Below are positions 49,641 to 61,842 of a stretch of 64,000 bases of DNA, piece after piece. Below the pieces are notes generated by a model that searched no databases, was not told the DNA's origin, and saw nothing but the letters and a program-made list of their open reading frames with translations. Within the stretch, counting starts at the first letter, position 1. Every line of letters begins with the position of its first letter. The stretch comes from Nymphaea colorata (lineage: Eukaryota). The stretch covers positions 39,432,001 through 39,496,000 of the forward strand of contig NC_045138.2 in assembly GCF_008831285.2 (NCBI RefSeq), in the 5' to 3' direction. The position numbers were made by a program, and so were the translations under genes.

Positions 49641-52030
49641 AATACCACATGTTTCACATTATCTACTTCAGTTCTCAAGGACTGCCCAAAAACACTTCTC
49701 GAAAGTCACATGAGGAAAATTGAAGGTGACTATAAGTTATCATTTATTACTGCCATACAACTGAAGCTAAGTTGTGGCTCGATTCTAACTCCTGAATATC
49801 ATGAAGACCTCCAAAACACTAATTCAAATACTATCCATTGGTTGCTAAAGTTTCGTGATTCCTTCCATTAGTACCAGACCTTGGACAGCTAAAATCCTAC
49901 AAATCAAACATCAAACAATTAATTAAAATCATGACTCTCACTTAGTTTTAATATGATTAGTTTATACATTTCACAAAAACTTCTCATTATATTTGCTCAT
50001 TGAGTGGTCAATATAATCCTAAAGCATGTGTTTGGGATACAAAGGAAGTAAAATTCTGCACCAATTCCTGTAATTCAACCACTGGTTGCAACAGGAAGTT
50101 CTAAAAATCATGGGACTTTCAAGTTCCAATCTTCTAATCACTCGCACCTTAATAATGATTGACACACTGTCCAGCTTTTGTTCTAAATCTTCCATATAAA
50201 AAATAATGTATCTAAAAAATTGGAAAAAGAAAAAGGTGATACAAACATCAGTACGAATTGAGTTATCTCATTAACAACAAGCATAATGCCTTTTCAGCCA
50301 CAAGGATTCTGGAACACTGGCCAAGGTAAAGAAGGAAACTAAAAATCAAGAAACAGGACTAAATTATTCAACCAAATAGGCGAAAGGAATTAGTACAGTC
50401 TCCTAATACCACCTATTATGTGCAGAACACATGTAAAAACATCTTTACAGCCATATTAATTGTTTGACTAAAAAAGTTGAACCATCCATAGAAGCTAAAA
50501 CATTCGCAATCAACCTCATTGCTTTGATAACAGGATGTTTCTCAAGATACACAAACGAGATCTCCCATAATATCAATCTTTTTACCTAAACAATAATTCA
50601 TGAAAGCAGAAATCTCTGTCTGTATATGGCAGGACACGTGGACAGGAAAAGAGGGAAGAGAAACCAAACTTATTTGTGATTGATATGGCTTTCTCTAATG
50701 ACAAAACTGCTGGGTGAAACCCATCATCGAGTAAACTAATTAGTTGACACGAAAATTAGTTAGTTAATGTAGTTTTTTTTTTAAAAAAAAAAGAAATGTT
50801 GCAATCCTTTTTCAATAATTTTGAATTTTTCATCAGTTCATTGCGAAAGCTCTTGCAAGTTACTTAACCACATTGTATTGGTTTATAATCTATATATGAC
50901 TATACAAAATCCTGCATGGTATACAAATAAAACTCAAGTTACTCTTCAACGAACATGACCCAATTGGTAGGAACTATCGTGCACAGTATCCCCCTATGCC
51001 CTCTCATCCAAGAACTAAATCTGCTGCAACCATTAAGATCTACCCACTACACTTTTCAGTTAATCTAAAATGTACAATTAGCTTCGTGCACATGAGGGCC
51101 ATTAGCTTTTGTACACGCACACACACAAAATAGAATGTTGTACAGCCATGTTCCAAAGTTCCCAAGCTTCTATATGCTAAAAGCTCCACGCAAGATGTCC
51201 AAATGGAGCTTTTAGACCCTTCAGGATGAGCCACACACGCACGTCTTTCTCCATATCTCTTTTCCCCCTTTTTTCAGTCATTTTTTGACATGATATGAAA
51301 AGCAGTCATCTTTATGTTTTTTGATTGCCAAACTGGTGCTTCGGTCTCCTTGTCCGTCTTTAAAAGCAAGTTTTCAGCATTTTTACAGCTTAGAACAAAG
51401 ATCCATGAATTTCAACATGATTCTTTGATTTTCTAACTCCACAGCAATTTGTGTTGTTCATCATCCCGTCTGATTTATTTTAGCGTTTGCACGTGAAAGG
51501 CTTCTTCTACTTACTATTCAGCTTGATTGAGTGTCAGAATTTGCATGATGTATACCAAATGGAAAAAATCTGACAACTTCCGGTTATAATCTTCACAGTA
51601 TGATATCTTATCTTCATCCGTAAAATCTTTATCGGTATAAGCTGTGGACAAATTTTCAGGAATTAAGTTCTTCTAACTTGTACGAATGTGTACTCAGGAA
51701 TTTAATGAAAATAAAAAGGCCATATTTTTCACCTAGATGTAGGTTCTCTGAGCCACCTTCTCTACGTATCTGCTATCTCATCTTCATTTTCCCTTCAATC
51801 GTTTTATTTATTTTCCACGGACTCTTTGCAATTCTGCCGCTAACAAGAAAGGAACACTATTAACATTAACATCTTCTGGGAGTTTTTGTATGACCTCAAC
51901 AATTGGAATCAGAAAGATGGTGTTAACAATTAAAGAGAAAATAAAAGAAATAAAGCAGCTACTTTTGCGAAGTATCTAAGGAAGATTGTTCAGATGGGTA
52001 GCGAAATCCACCCACCTGGGAAGAAAGAAG

Positions 52031-52417
52031 TCAGGAGCTTTCAGCAGAAGAGTGAGGAGAAGGGACCTCCGGGTTCTTGCCAAGGGCGTGGGCCTCTTCT
52101 TCTCTTGGTAGTTCCTCACGCCTCGAGGGCAAAGGGTTGGAGCCCTTGATGATCCATCCCAGGGCGAAGAAGGAGATGCCGGCGAGGATGGCCGTGCCCC
52201 AAGCGTGGGAATACCACTTGCTGTACTGTCGAATGGCAAACCTCCACTGGTCCCTGAGGGTTGCCGCGTCGGGATTCACGGCGTCGGGAGGGTTGGGATA
52301 ACCGATTTTTCCGGGAAGGGCCTCTCCAACTGGAGCTGATGATGACGACGACGACGATGAAGCCCCAGAACTGCCGGCAACCTTGTCCGGTGGTAGGGTC
52401 TGCCGTTTCTCAGTCAT
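52031..52417 (-). CDS. Small uncharacterised single-pass membrane protein, 128 aa
   Basis: GC-rich ORF from GCCATG after a GA-repeat leader. Core GYPNPPDAVNPDAATLRDQWRFAIRQYSKWYSHAWGTAILAGISFFALGWIIKGSNPLPS has one hydrophobic helix and looks like a conserved plant protein. Confidence 0.8.
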   Translation of the reverse strand: MTEKRQTLPPDKVAGSSGASSSSSSSSAPVGEALPGKIGYPNPPDAVNPDAATLRDQWRFAIRQYSKWYSHAWGTAILAGISFFALGWIIKGSNPLPSRREELPREEEAHALGKNPEVPSPHSSAESS

Positions 52418-54519
52418 GGCTCGCTCGCTCTCTCTCTCTCGAATCTGGAACAGTCGGCCCTCTATCGAACCATTTGAGAGTCCGGACATTCTGGCGGTTC
52501 GGATTCACCGTTCACATCCAGTCTCATATCAAAAACTGAATCCAATATCCATTTCATCGGATTCGGCAAACAATATTTAGATATCCACTAGCATCAATAG
52601 TCAGATCCAAAACTTTTAGTTATTCGACATCTCTTTTTTAATATCTGAACTGAACCCGATTCTAACCATAAATAGAACAAATAAAAGATTATGAAAGCGT
52701 ATGAGGAAGTAATTAGCTATTGGTATGCATTGGTGTGAGAACTTTCTAACATTAGTTAAAAAATATTGCACAATTATTTTAAATATCAATAACATAATAA
52801 GGTATTCATATATAAATTAATTAATCGTGTTTTAATATGATTAGATATATTAAAAAATACTACATAATTATGTCATAATTTGCTCATTAAGCCTAAGTTA
52901 TTAAACTAACTTGATCTTTGGTAGAGTAAATCGACTTCTTAGAATGCTGACTTTATGACTTCTAAACCTATCTCTCTCTTAATAAGCATTCAATACTAAA
53001 AGCATATATAGTTTTCCATTATCATAAAGAACTTGAAAATCAACCATCAACTACGCATATTTGATTAACTATATATACTAATTGCATATCTCATAAAATG
53101 CTTCATAACTCGACACTAACTTACATCCCCAAATCGTAACTCGTCAGGTGATCAACTTGGTGACTTGGGCTATGTTTTATTGAATATTGCTCTTTAAAGA
53201 AGTCGCTTTTGGTGTAAAATCTACAACATTGATATTTTAAAAGTTTTGGTTTACTTAAGTGTTTGAACGGACCTATAATACATTGTTCAACTCAAGTGTC
53301 GTGTTTGCTACATTTTACAGGCCACAGAAATAACACTTCAAAACGTGACAGCAGATTTAAATGTCCGATCCCTTAAATATATACTGTGTCAATTGCCACC
53401 CGGTTGTACGCTAGGAGTTCCATTTTTACCATTTACATTTCTCACTGTAACATTTGTACAACATTTGAAGGGAAATAAACGGACGGAGCTTTCAAGCGTC
53501 ACTATTTTAGCATATTCCAAAACAACCCCCACTTTTCAATCATTTTCATAAAGGAGCCTTCCGTTTTTTTCATTTAACCGTGACAAACCTATATCAGTCA
53601 ACAAAATTTCAAAGATCATCATGTCGATACTAAAGAGGGTCACGCGTCCTTCCAAGGTCGATTTCAAATAGAAAGGAAAACGTAATTGTGGTTTTGAAAC
53701 GAAATAAGGAACACATTAAGTTGGATGTTCTCAAACGAAAAACCAACGATAAAACATTTATTTAGAAAAAAAAAAAGGAGGTTCTCGTTGCCGTTGTAGA
53801 TTAAATATATGACTGCGATCTTTGTAACAAACTCATGTTAAAGCAAGTAGATTTGTTGATAACATATTCAGCGGTTCCTATGTTCGTGCTTCAGAAGAAA
53901 TTGGATGTTCAGGAAAGAAGCTAAATCTGAAATCTCAATCGGGTCTTGCTTCTGCCATATCTTTTCTCTATAAGAGCTGATGTTCTTCATGGCGCCTTAA
54001 AAAAACAGACGGAAAGATATTTCCTATCTCATGCCAACACGCAATAAGATCATTTCTTCTGAAGCAAATCTCTTTATTTCATGTAACCGAACAAAAGGAA
54101 ACGTCAGTGGGAATCCAATACGGAAGCTTTCACCATTTCCAATTTAATGGCGTTCTACATTGAGAGATCTCCTATGAGCACCACCACACTGCGTGGCGTC
54201 CCCATTTGGTAAGACCCATTTTGCGACGGTATCTTTCGTCGTTTCGCTCCGCTTATCGGCTGCGGGGTCGCCTCGCTGACCGTCTCCCACGCGTTCCCAC
54301 CCGATCAAAGAAGTAGCTCGTTCTCCGGCGCCCTTTCCGACGATTTTATCCTCATCTCTTCCCACTCGCGGCTGCTTCAAGTTCAAGGAGTCAACCACAA
54401 GTTTGAGGAATGTTGTAATGCATGCGTGAAGTGTGTAAAGTCTTTCTCTCTGTAGAATAACCCGCTCTCTCCAGCTATATATGCTGTCAAAACCGTCCAC
54501 TGGAACGACCACAATCACC

Positions 54520-57500
54520 ATGGGAACGGTCGAACCTCACGGGTTCTCCCCCGGCCGCCGGGACGCAGATGCCGGAGCCATGTTCGTGCTCGAATCGAAA
54601 GGTGATTTTGCTCTTTCCTGTTATCAGTTTCTTCCTTTGATTGGATGCTTTGGCTCTGTTTTGCGGTCAGAAAAACGGATCATGCTGTTATGCCAGTGGT
54701 CGTCTCTTCAAATGGAAGGTTTAGTCTTTTCGATTTTTTTGGCTGAAGTAGTGGGTATTCGCTTAATTTGCCATATTTTACGGGCAAATATGAAAACCAG
54801 TTTCATGGGCACCTTAATTCAACCAGTTCTTGCCAATTACAAACACGTCTATCCAATGTTAAGTAGCTGAAAATTTCTGCAAAACAGAAAAACAAAAACT
54901 TTTATAGATGTTTTCGTATGTTGTATTTTTCCAGTTTTCATAGAACAAGGAAATTCGAAACGTTGGAATAATCGGCCCCTCTCGTGACCGCCACATTCCG
55001 TCATCAAAATGGAATTTTCTTCTTGTTTGCATCGATGGCCTCCAGATTCTCGCTTTCTTTCCTTCTTCTTTCTTTTAAAACGTCCAAGAAGTTGGGGATT
55101 CTTGTGCCATGTTAACGATCGGTGCCCTCTTTAATCTGCAAATTCTGACAGTATCATCTTTTCATCTTCGGGTCTTCTTGGGCATTGTTTTTTCCATAGG
55201 GAAATGGTGGCACGCCGGCTTTCACCTAACCACAGCAATCGTTGGGCCGACGATCTTGACGCTGCCATATGCTTTCCGGGGGATGGGATGGGCGGTGGGC
55301 ATCGTGTCGCTGACCGCGACGGCGATGGTGACGTTCTACTCCTACTACCTCATGTCCAAGGTGCTCGACCACTGCGAGAAGGAGGGCCGCCGGCACATCA
55401 GATTCCGGGAGCTCGCCGCCGACGTTCTAGGCAAGATGGCTTCTCCTTTCTTCATATTCTTCGTCATCCTCTGTTTTTCACTGGTCGCCGTATCGATATC
55501 GTTGTCCGTCTTCCATCATCTAATTCATCTCGACTTCGACTGATACGTTAACAAAATAACAACCAAACTTGTGCCCCATTTATGTCTTGAAATGGGAATG
55601 TTCAGGCGGATGAAACTTGCTTCACGAAATCCAGAAACCTGCAAAACTATTATTCTGAAAATATCAAGCACTTTCGACACAGATCTTGGACTTTGGGAGA
55701 GAAGAAGTTTCATTTAGTTATTGAACTTTGGACTTACTTCGGCTAGAGGACTTCTAAGACAAACCTGTCCACACAAGCAAGAACTTTATAGCAATTTGGC
55801 TTGGCCTTTTCTTGTTCACATCGACTCCATTTCTCCCTTCATTTGCTCTTGTCGCTCTCAATTTGATCAAGAAATCAGATGGGACCGAAATTCAAAGGCC
55901 TCTCGTTCTTGAGCGAGCAGACTTGAAAAATTCTCTGTGAGGACCGAATTTACCGACATGACGACGTGGTTACGTGCACAGAATGGTCCACTTCTAAGAC
56001 TACGTGTCATGCACAGAAGCTTGTGCATATAACAGCTTCAATAAGATAAGAACAGGCAATCAATTGGGTGTCCTTTCAAGTTTCCTTTCACTATGACCTT
56101 AGCAGTCAATCACTCATCTCAATTATTAGGGTCGTTTAATCTATCTTGATATTTTGACAGAAAACTATTGAATTTACAAGCGTCCAAAACAGACTGTGAA
56201 TGTGATCTTTTTATGGTTTAAACGTGTCTAATTACTGCATAATGCATTGACGTTGTTCGGATTTAAAAAAAAAAACAGACTCAATAAAATAGTCAACTGT
56301 TCTGAATGGTATTTTAAAACTCTCCTCAGCCTAATTTACTATGCTCATACTTCTTCCTGGCTAGCATGAAAGTGCTCACATTTATGTCCGCACTGATTGG
56401 CTCTATGTTTCCTTGTTCTTGACAACCTAAAATAGTTGAACACAGATACAAAGATACAGATGGATTTGCCACATTCCTTAGTATAATGTGGCTGGTTGAA
56501 TCCTTCATTTCTTTACTGATTTGTCCAGATTTTCTTTGCTTTTTCTCGTGATCCGTGGTCTCAGGGTCTGGCATGATGTTTTACTTTGTAATCTGTGTTC
56601 AAACCGCCATCAATACTGGAGTTGGAATTGGATGCATACTGCTCGCAGGAGAAAGTCTGCAGGTAATTCTTTTCTCAGTTTTCTAGTCCAATTCATTATT
56701 AAACCAGATCATATGCTTCGTCATCGATAAATTATTTGTGAAAGAAACAGGAGCAAAAGAATACACAAAGAAGGTGGCGAAGTAATCTTATCAAACTAAA
56801 CAAAAAGTCGACGGGAATATGTTCTGCAATTTGAAAACTAACTATGCAGCATCCCTTTGCATTAAGTGAACATACAGAAGGGATCATATCTAACGCGAGC
56901 AGCTTGTCTTCAAGTTTCTGAAGTTTGAAAGTCCACCTTTACAATGTTCTATGTTTCAATTATGAGATTAAAATAATTTGGAATTTTCTTTTGTTGAAAG
57001 AAAAAAGAGGATGACATTTTTTTTAATGGACAAAGGCTACAGCAAATTAAGAAGGCAAGAAAAAGTCATTAGAGTGGGGTCGCATCGACCATTCTATTTA
57101 ATTTTTGGATAGAAGTTTTTGTCTGAGGGGGCACTAATAGTATATATTTTAATCTTGAAGGGGCGTTCATATATAACTAAATAAAAATGATCTAAAGTCT
57201 TCATGTACAAATAAATCAATTTTGTCGACTAGTGTGGGCTTTTCTTTGTATGATCTGTGCAAAAAGGCTTTTCTTTTTTCTCTCTTAAAAGTAGAGTCAA
57301 CTTAAAACGATGGAAAGAAGGAAGACTGCGAGATCAAGTTTTCCTTGGGAGTGTTCATACAGAAAATTTAATTTCATCTTCAATTATTGTCTTCATTTAC
57401 GACCTCAAGCTGATCGCCTGCTGACTGTTGAAAAACTGTTGTTGCTAGATCATGTATACAAGCATTTATCCGGATGGGCCCTTGAGATTGTACCAGTTCA

Positions 57501-60500
57501 TCGCCATGGTCACGGTGGTGATGATACTTCTCTCTCAGATGCCATCCTTCCACTCTCTGAGATACATAAACCTCGCCTCCCTCATCCTCAGCTTGGGCTA
57601 CTCTTTCGTGGTTGTTGGTGCTTGCATTTATGCAGGTTTGGACTTCACACACTTACTTCACAGTGACATATCCTCTTATTTCTTATTCATGTTCCATACG
57701 CAGGACATATAATTCATGCTGACCCTGCCCACCTAAGTATGATGAGAAAATTCACACTATATTTACCTTGAAATTTCGTGGACCTGCTTGAGCGGGCTAG
57801 GTTTTCAACAATTAATCAACTGAGTTAGGTACGTTGGAACAGTATGTGAGTGTTTCATGAATTACCAACAAATTCCTTGAAACTAATGTTTATGAATCTG
57901 CTCTAATCTTTGTGGATTCATGAAACACTTATATACTTCTAATAGAAAAGCTGCCTCATTTTGCAGTTTTATATCCGAAATTTTGGATGCCGAGGTGCCA
58001 TTTTGGATTGGCTTTGAGTTAACATGCTGGTCCTCTGAGATCTTGGATTTGGATCCAATTTTAAATCTCGATAATGAGCGCGGCAAGATCTAGGATGAAT
58101 CAAGTGAGCTGATAGTGTTCTTTACTGTTTCTTTTGTTAGGGTACTCGAAGGACGCCCCACCCAAAGACTATTCGCTAGAATCATCAAAGTCTGCACGGA
58201 CATTCAGTGCCTTCACGTCCATCTCCGTCCTCGCTTCCGTTCTCGGTAATGGGATTCTCCCCGAGATCCAGGTACGCCTGATCCCAAGAATGTTTCATAA
58301 TCATCTCTTAAATCATCTGCTTTGTTCTAATAATAGATCATATGACTGATAACATTAATTCCACGGGCTTGGATTTGGGCACAGAAAAAATATATATATA
58401 TATAATTTGTTTCGCATTTGGATGCCCAAAATTACATGAATGACCCCAAGAAAAAATGACAAATGGATAAGATTAGGAATGTTAATGGATCAGATTTTAA
58501 TCAGATTTTCAAATATTCATATGTTCGCATTTGGATACTAACAAAAAAAATATATTTGGATCTAAATCCAAAATCTAATTTCACAATCCAAATCTGACCT
58601 AAATCTGATTTTTGCATTCACTCCCAAATTCGAATCTGAATTTTGAACCGAATGTAATGGATTTTTAAAAATATAAGGGCGTTGGATATATAATATTTAT
58701 GTAAAACTAAATCTAGTCAGAATCCAAATCTAAATCTGATCAGATTACTTATGTACATCCCAATCCATATCTGGCAAATGTCATTTCTTAAATATGAATC
58801 TGATCCAATTTCTTAATTGGATATCAAATTTTGTTTTCTATATCCAATTTTTTCAGAATTGATGGGTTGAATATCCAATCCAAATTAAATATATTGACAC
58901 CTCTATCTAAGACCCAAATGAAAGAAGAATATTTATCTGCTCATATATCTACATTGTTTCTGGGAAATTTTAAAAATTTAGTTCTATTTTAGATTTGAAT
59001 TGGTTATGTCGCTTATTCTCATTTTCTCAAATGCTTCGTCGCGGAATGCTTAACGAGAGTTGAATATGGTAATGATATATATATATACTCTACTTGGTGA
59101 CGTTCCATTAGCGTAATAATGAAAAACTTTAAACTTCTCGTCAATTTTTTTGGGATTTCGCTCGCGTCGATAAACATCCACTCAAGTTCATTGGTGACGG
59201 ATATTCTAAAATTCCAGTTATTGTTTTACGTATAAAAAATTTAAGTCAAACTCAGCTGATCTCAACGATCTCGATAACGACCAAACCATTGATCTCCACA
59301 ACTTTGATTGCCATTGTCTTAAAAATTAATTTGTTAGAGTACATTTAACTAAAAACAACAGGAACTACCTGAAACTGGTTCACAATTCCCTTGATTTTTT
59401 CAAATTGGCAAGCTGTTAGCCAGGCCAAAAAACTGGGAGATTGTGTTGCGAGACTCAAAATCACCAAATTTTAGCGTGCTATTGAACATTCACCACTACA
59501 ACGTGGTTGTTTTTTTATGTCCACTTCTCTATAGAGGTTCTCATGTTCTACATCCCAACTCATCCCGAGTCGTCATCCCGGCAGGGGCAGAAGCAGGTGA
59601 GGTCATTCTGAGTCAGGCGTATGCTCTACAAAACTTAATTTAGTGTTGAATCTTGGGTGAATCTGAATTCAGAGTTGTATGGGTAATGAGATTGAGTTCA
59701 TGATCAATTGAAAATTTGTTAATATTTGTGTCTATAGGCGACTTTGGCACCTCCGGCAGCAGGGAAGATGCTGAAGGGGCTGATCATGTGCTACACTGTC
59801 GTAATGGTGACTTTCTATTCTACGGCCATCACCGGTTATTGGGCGTTCGGCAACAAAGCCAGCTCCAACATCTTGAAGAGTCTCATGCCCGACGATGGGC
59901 CTTCTTTTGCTCCCACATGGCTCCTTGGCCTTGCCGTCGTCTTCGTCCTCTTGCAGCTCTTCGCCATTGGCATGGTAGGCAGCTCGCAGCACAGCCTGTT
60001 TCTAATTGCACACACAGAAAACAGCAGCGCCGTCATGGGGTTCGCCAGATCCACTTCTTTCTTACAAACTTCCTTGGCGCCATGAACACTTTTTTCAGAA
60101 AATACGAACCATGCTAGTTGCTTTTTAAATGGATTGGGGATCTTACAAAGGAATTGCCTGGCCAATTACCATCTGCAGGTATACTCTCAAGTTGCATACG
60201 AAATCATAGAAAGGAAGTCGGCAGATGTGAGGAAAGGCATGTTCTCAGCGAGGAACCTTCTGCCCAGGTTGCTGCTTCGATCCGTCTACATGGCAGCCTG
60301 CGCCTTCGTCGCGGCCATGCTTCCCTTCTTCGGGGACATAAATGGGGTGGTGGGAGCCATTGGCTTCATCCCTCTGGACTTCGTCCTCCCCATGCTCCTC
60401 TACAACAAGAGCGTGAAGCCACCTCGCACCTCCCTTACCTTCTGGATCAACGTCTCCATCATGTTTGTGTTTTCCGGCGTCGGGCTCATGGGTGCTTTCT

Positions 60501-60568
60501 CGTCCATCAGGAGGCTGGTTCTGGATGCCAATCGATTCAAGCTCTTCAGCAATGATGTGGTTGATTGA
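54520..60568 (+). CDS. GAT2: Probable GABA transporter 2-like amino acid permease (AAAP family), 7 exons, 451 aa
   Basis: Exons 54520-54601, 55200-55430, 56565-56662, 57449-57635, 58141-58271, 59738-59974 and 60179-60568 join in frame (452 codons including stop). Motifs [93 protein letters not shown]. Confidence 0.93.
58474..58905. mobile_element. hAT-like MITE in GAT2 intron 5
   Basis: Imperfect TIRs TAGGAATGTTAAT...ATTGACACCTCTA and a degenerate 8-bp flank pair GATAAGAT/TCTAAGAC. Same family as 2042-2614. Confidence 0.55.
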
Positions 60569-61743
60569 TTGGTGTATATCCCATTATGTTCATTCACATT
60601 CTTCAAGCTCTGTGGCAATGATGTGGCTGATTGCTTGGTGTATATATATATGCGGACACTTGGGGCTTGGATTTCTCCGTTCAAGTTTTACGACGGAGAA
60701 ATCCTCCGGCCTCTCACAGCATTCCGCGCATGTTGGAGATAGTTGTTATAAAATTAATAGAACCTTCCCATCATCAACAACATATAAGATCGCAAGATCA
60801 AGGGCGGTGTTGGTCGAAAACCATGTCTCAGGTGTTTTAATTTTGAGTTCATCCACGGGCTTGGCTTACCTTGTGGGGGAAGGCTTGCTAAGTTGCTGGG
60901 GTTATTCGTCGGTTACCAAAAAAAAAAAAGGAGAAAGAAAACAAGAATTTGAGTTTGATTCATAATGACCTTTTGTAAGAAGTCCCGTCTGTTAATTTTC
61001 ACTGTTTTATTTTTCCTTCTTTTGTATACAAAAATTATATTGAAAACTAATCAAAGATTGTCATGTTTCACTATCTTTAGCTGCATTCCTGCTATCTGAA
61101 TGTCACAATTGAAGGGATGACACTTAATTATTCCATCTACCGACATGCCTTTAACAAAATTACAAGGTAGAAAAAACAAATTAATACTAAAGGGGGATGT
61201 CAAGTTTGAGAAACGAAGAAAATGGTTCTACGAGAGCAATAACAACGAGATGATGCAAAATCTCTTTACAAGGTGATCATAGATGAGGGATTCAAAATTT
61301 AAGGTGATTTGAGAATCTGGAATCTTAAATTTTAATATTTTGAAGAAGGATGTAAAATCTTTTCCTATAATCCATGAATTTCAAGTCAAATCTCTTCTTT
61401 TTTGAAGAATAGTGAAGACCTTGAATTTATGATTCTCGAATTTTCAATCTTCTTGTACTTAGACGTATGGAAGATCCAGAGTCTAGATCCATGAAACATG
61501 CTAGTACGCTGTTTTATGTATTTTTAAATTGGAAATATTCTGATTATAAAATGGATCGACAAGAAGTGGGTGCATGGTGGCACGCTGCTTAGACTTCACG
61601 GGTCCCCAACTGAACCGACCCACATCTCCAACGGAGCTCTTTCTTTATTACCAAACCGTGCAACCCAAGCCGACGAGGCTGACAGGAGAAGAAGGAGAGG
61701 AGGGCTGACAGGAGAAGAAGAGAGCGAATCAAGGGAAGCGAAG

Positions 61744-61842
61744 ATGATAATGAAAAAATGGAGTCTGCTCACAGGACCTACCATGATCTTTGGGGCTGTC
61801 GCCGTCGTTACCACTGCGAGGGCTTTCTTCGCCCGAGATTAC
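61744..61842 (+). CDS. Probable first coding exon of a very small membrane protein (partial)
   Basis: MIMKKWSLLTGPTMIFGAVAVVTTARAFFARDY then donor GTGAGC. Preceded by a purine-rich leader and followed by T-rich intron-like sequence. The next exon was not identified. Confidence 0.55.

Noticed and set aside
54481..54519. Upstream ATG as the GAT2 start
   Set aside because: It overlaps a TATATA box-like sequence; the ACCATGG ATG at 54520 gives a typical 451-aa length.
3321..60568. Multi-enzyme biosynthetic gene cluster (UGTs plus transporter)
   Set aside because: Only one enzyme class is present, with no scaffold-forming or other tailoring enzymes. The GAT2-like gene is a widely conserved permease and nothing links it to the UGTs.
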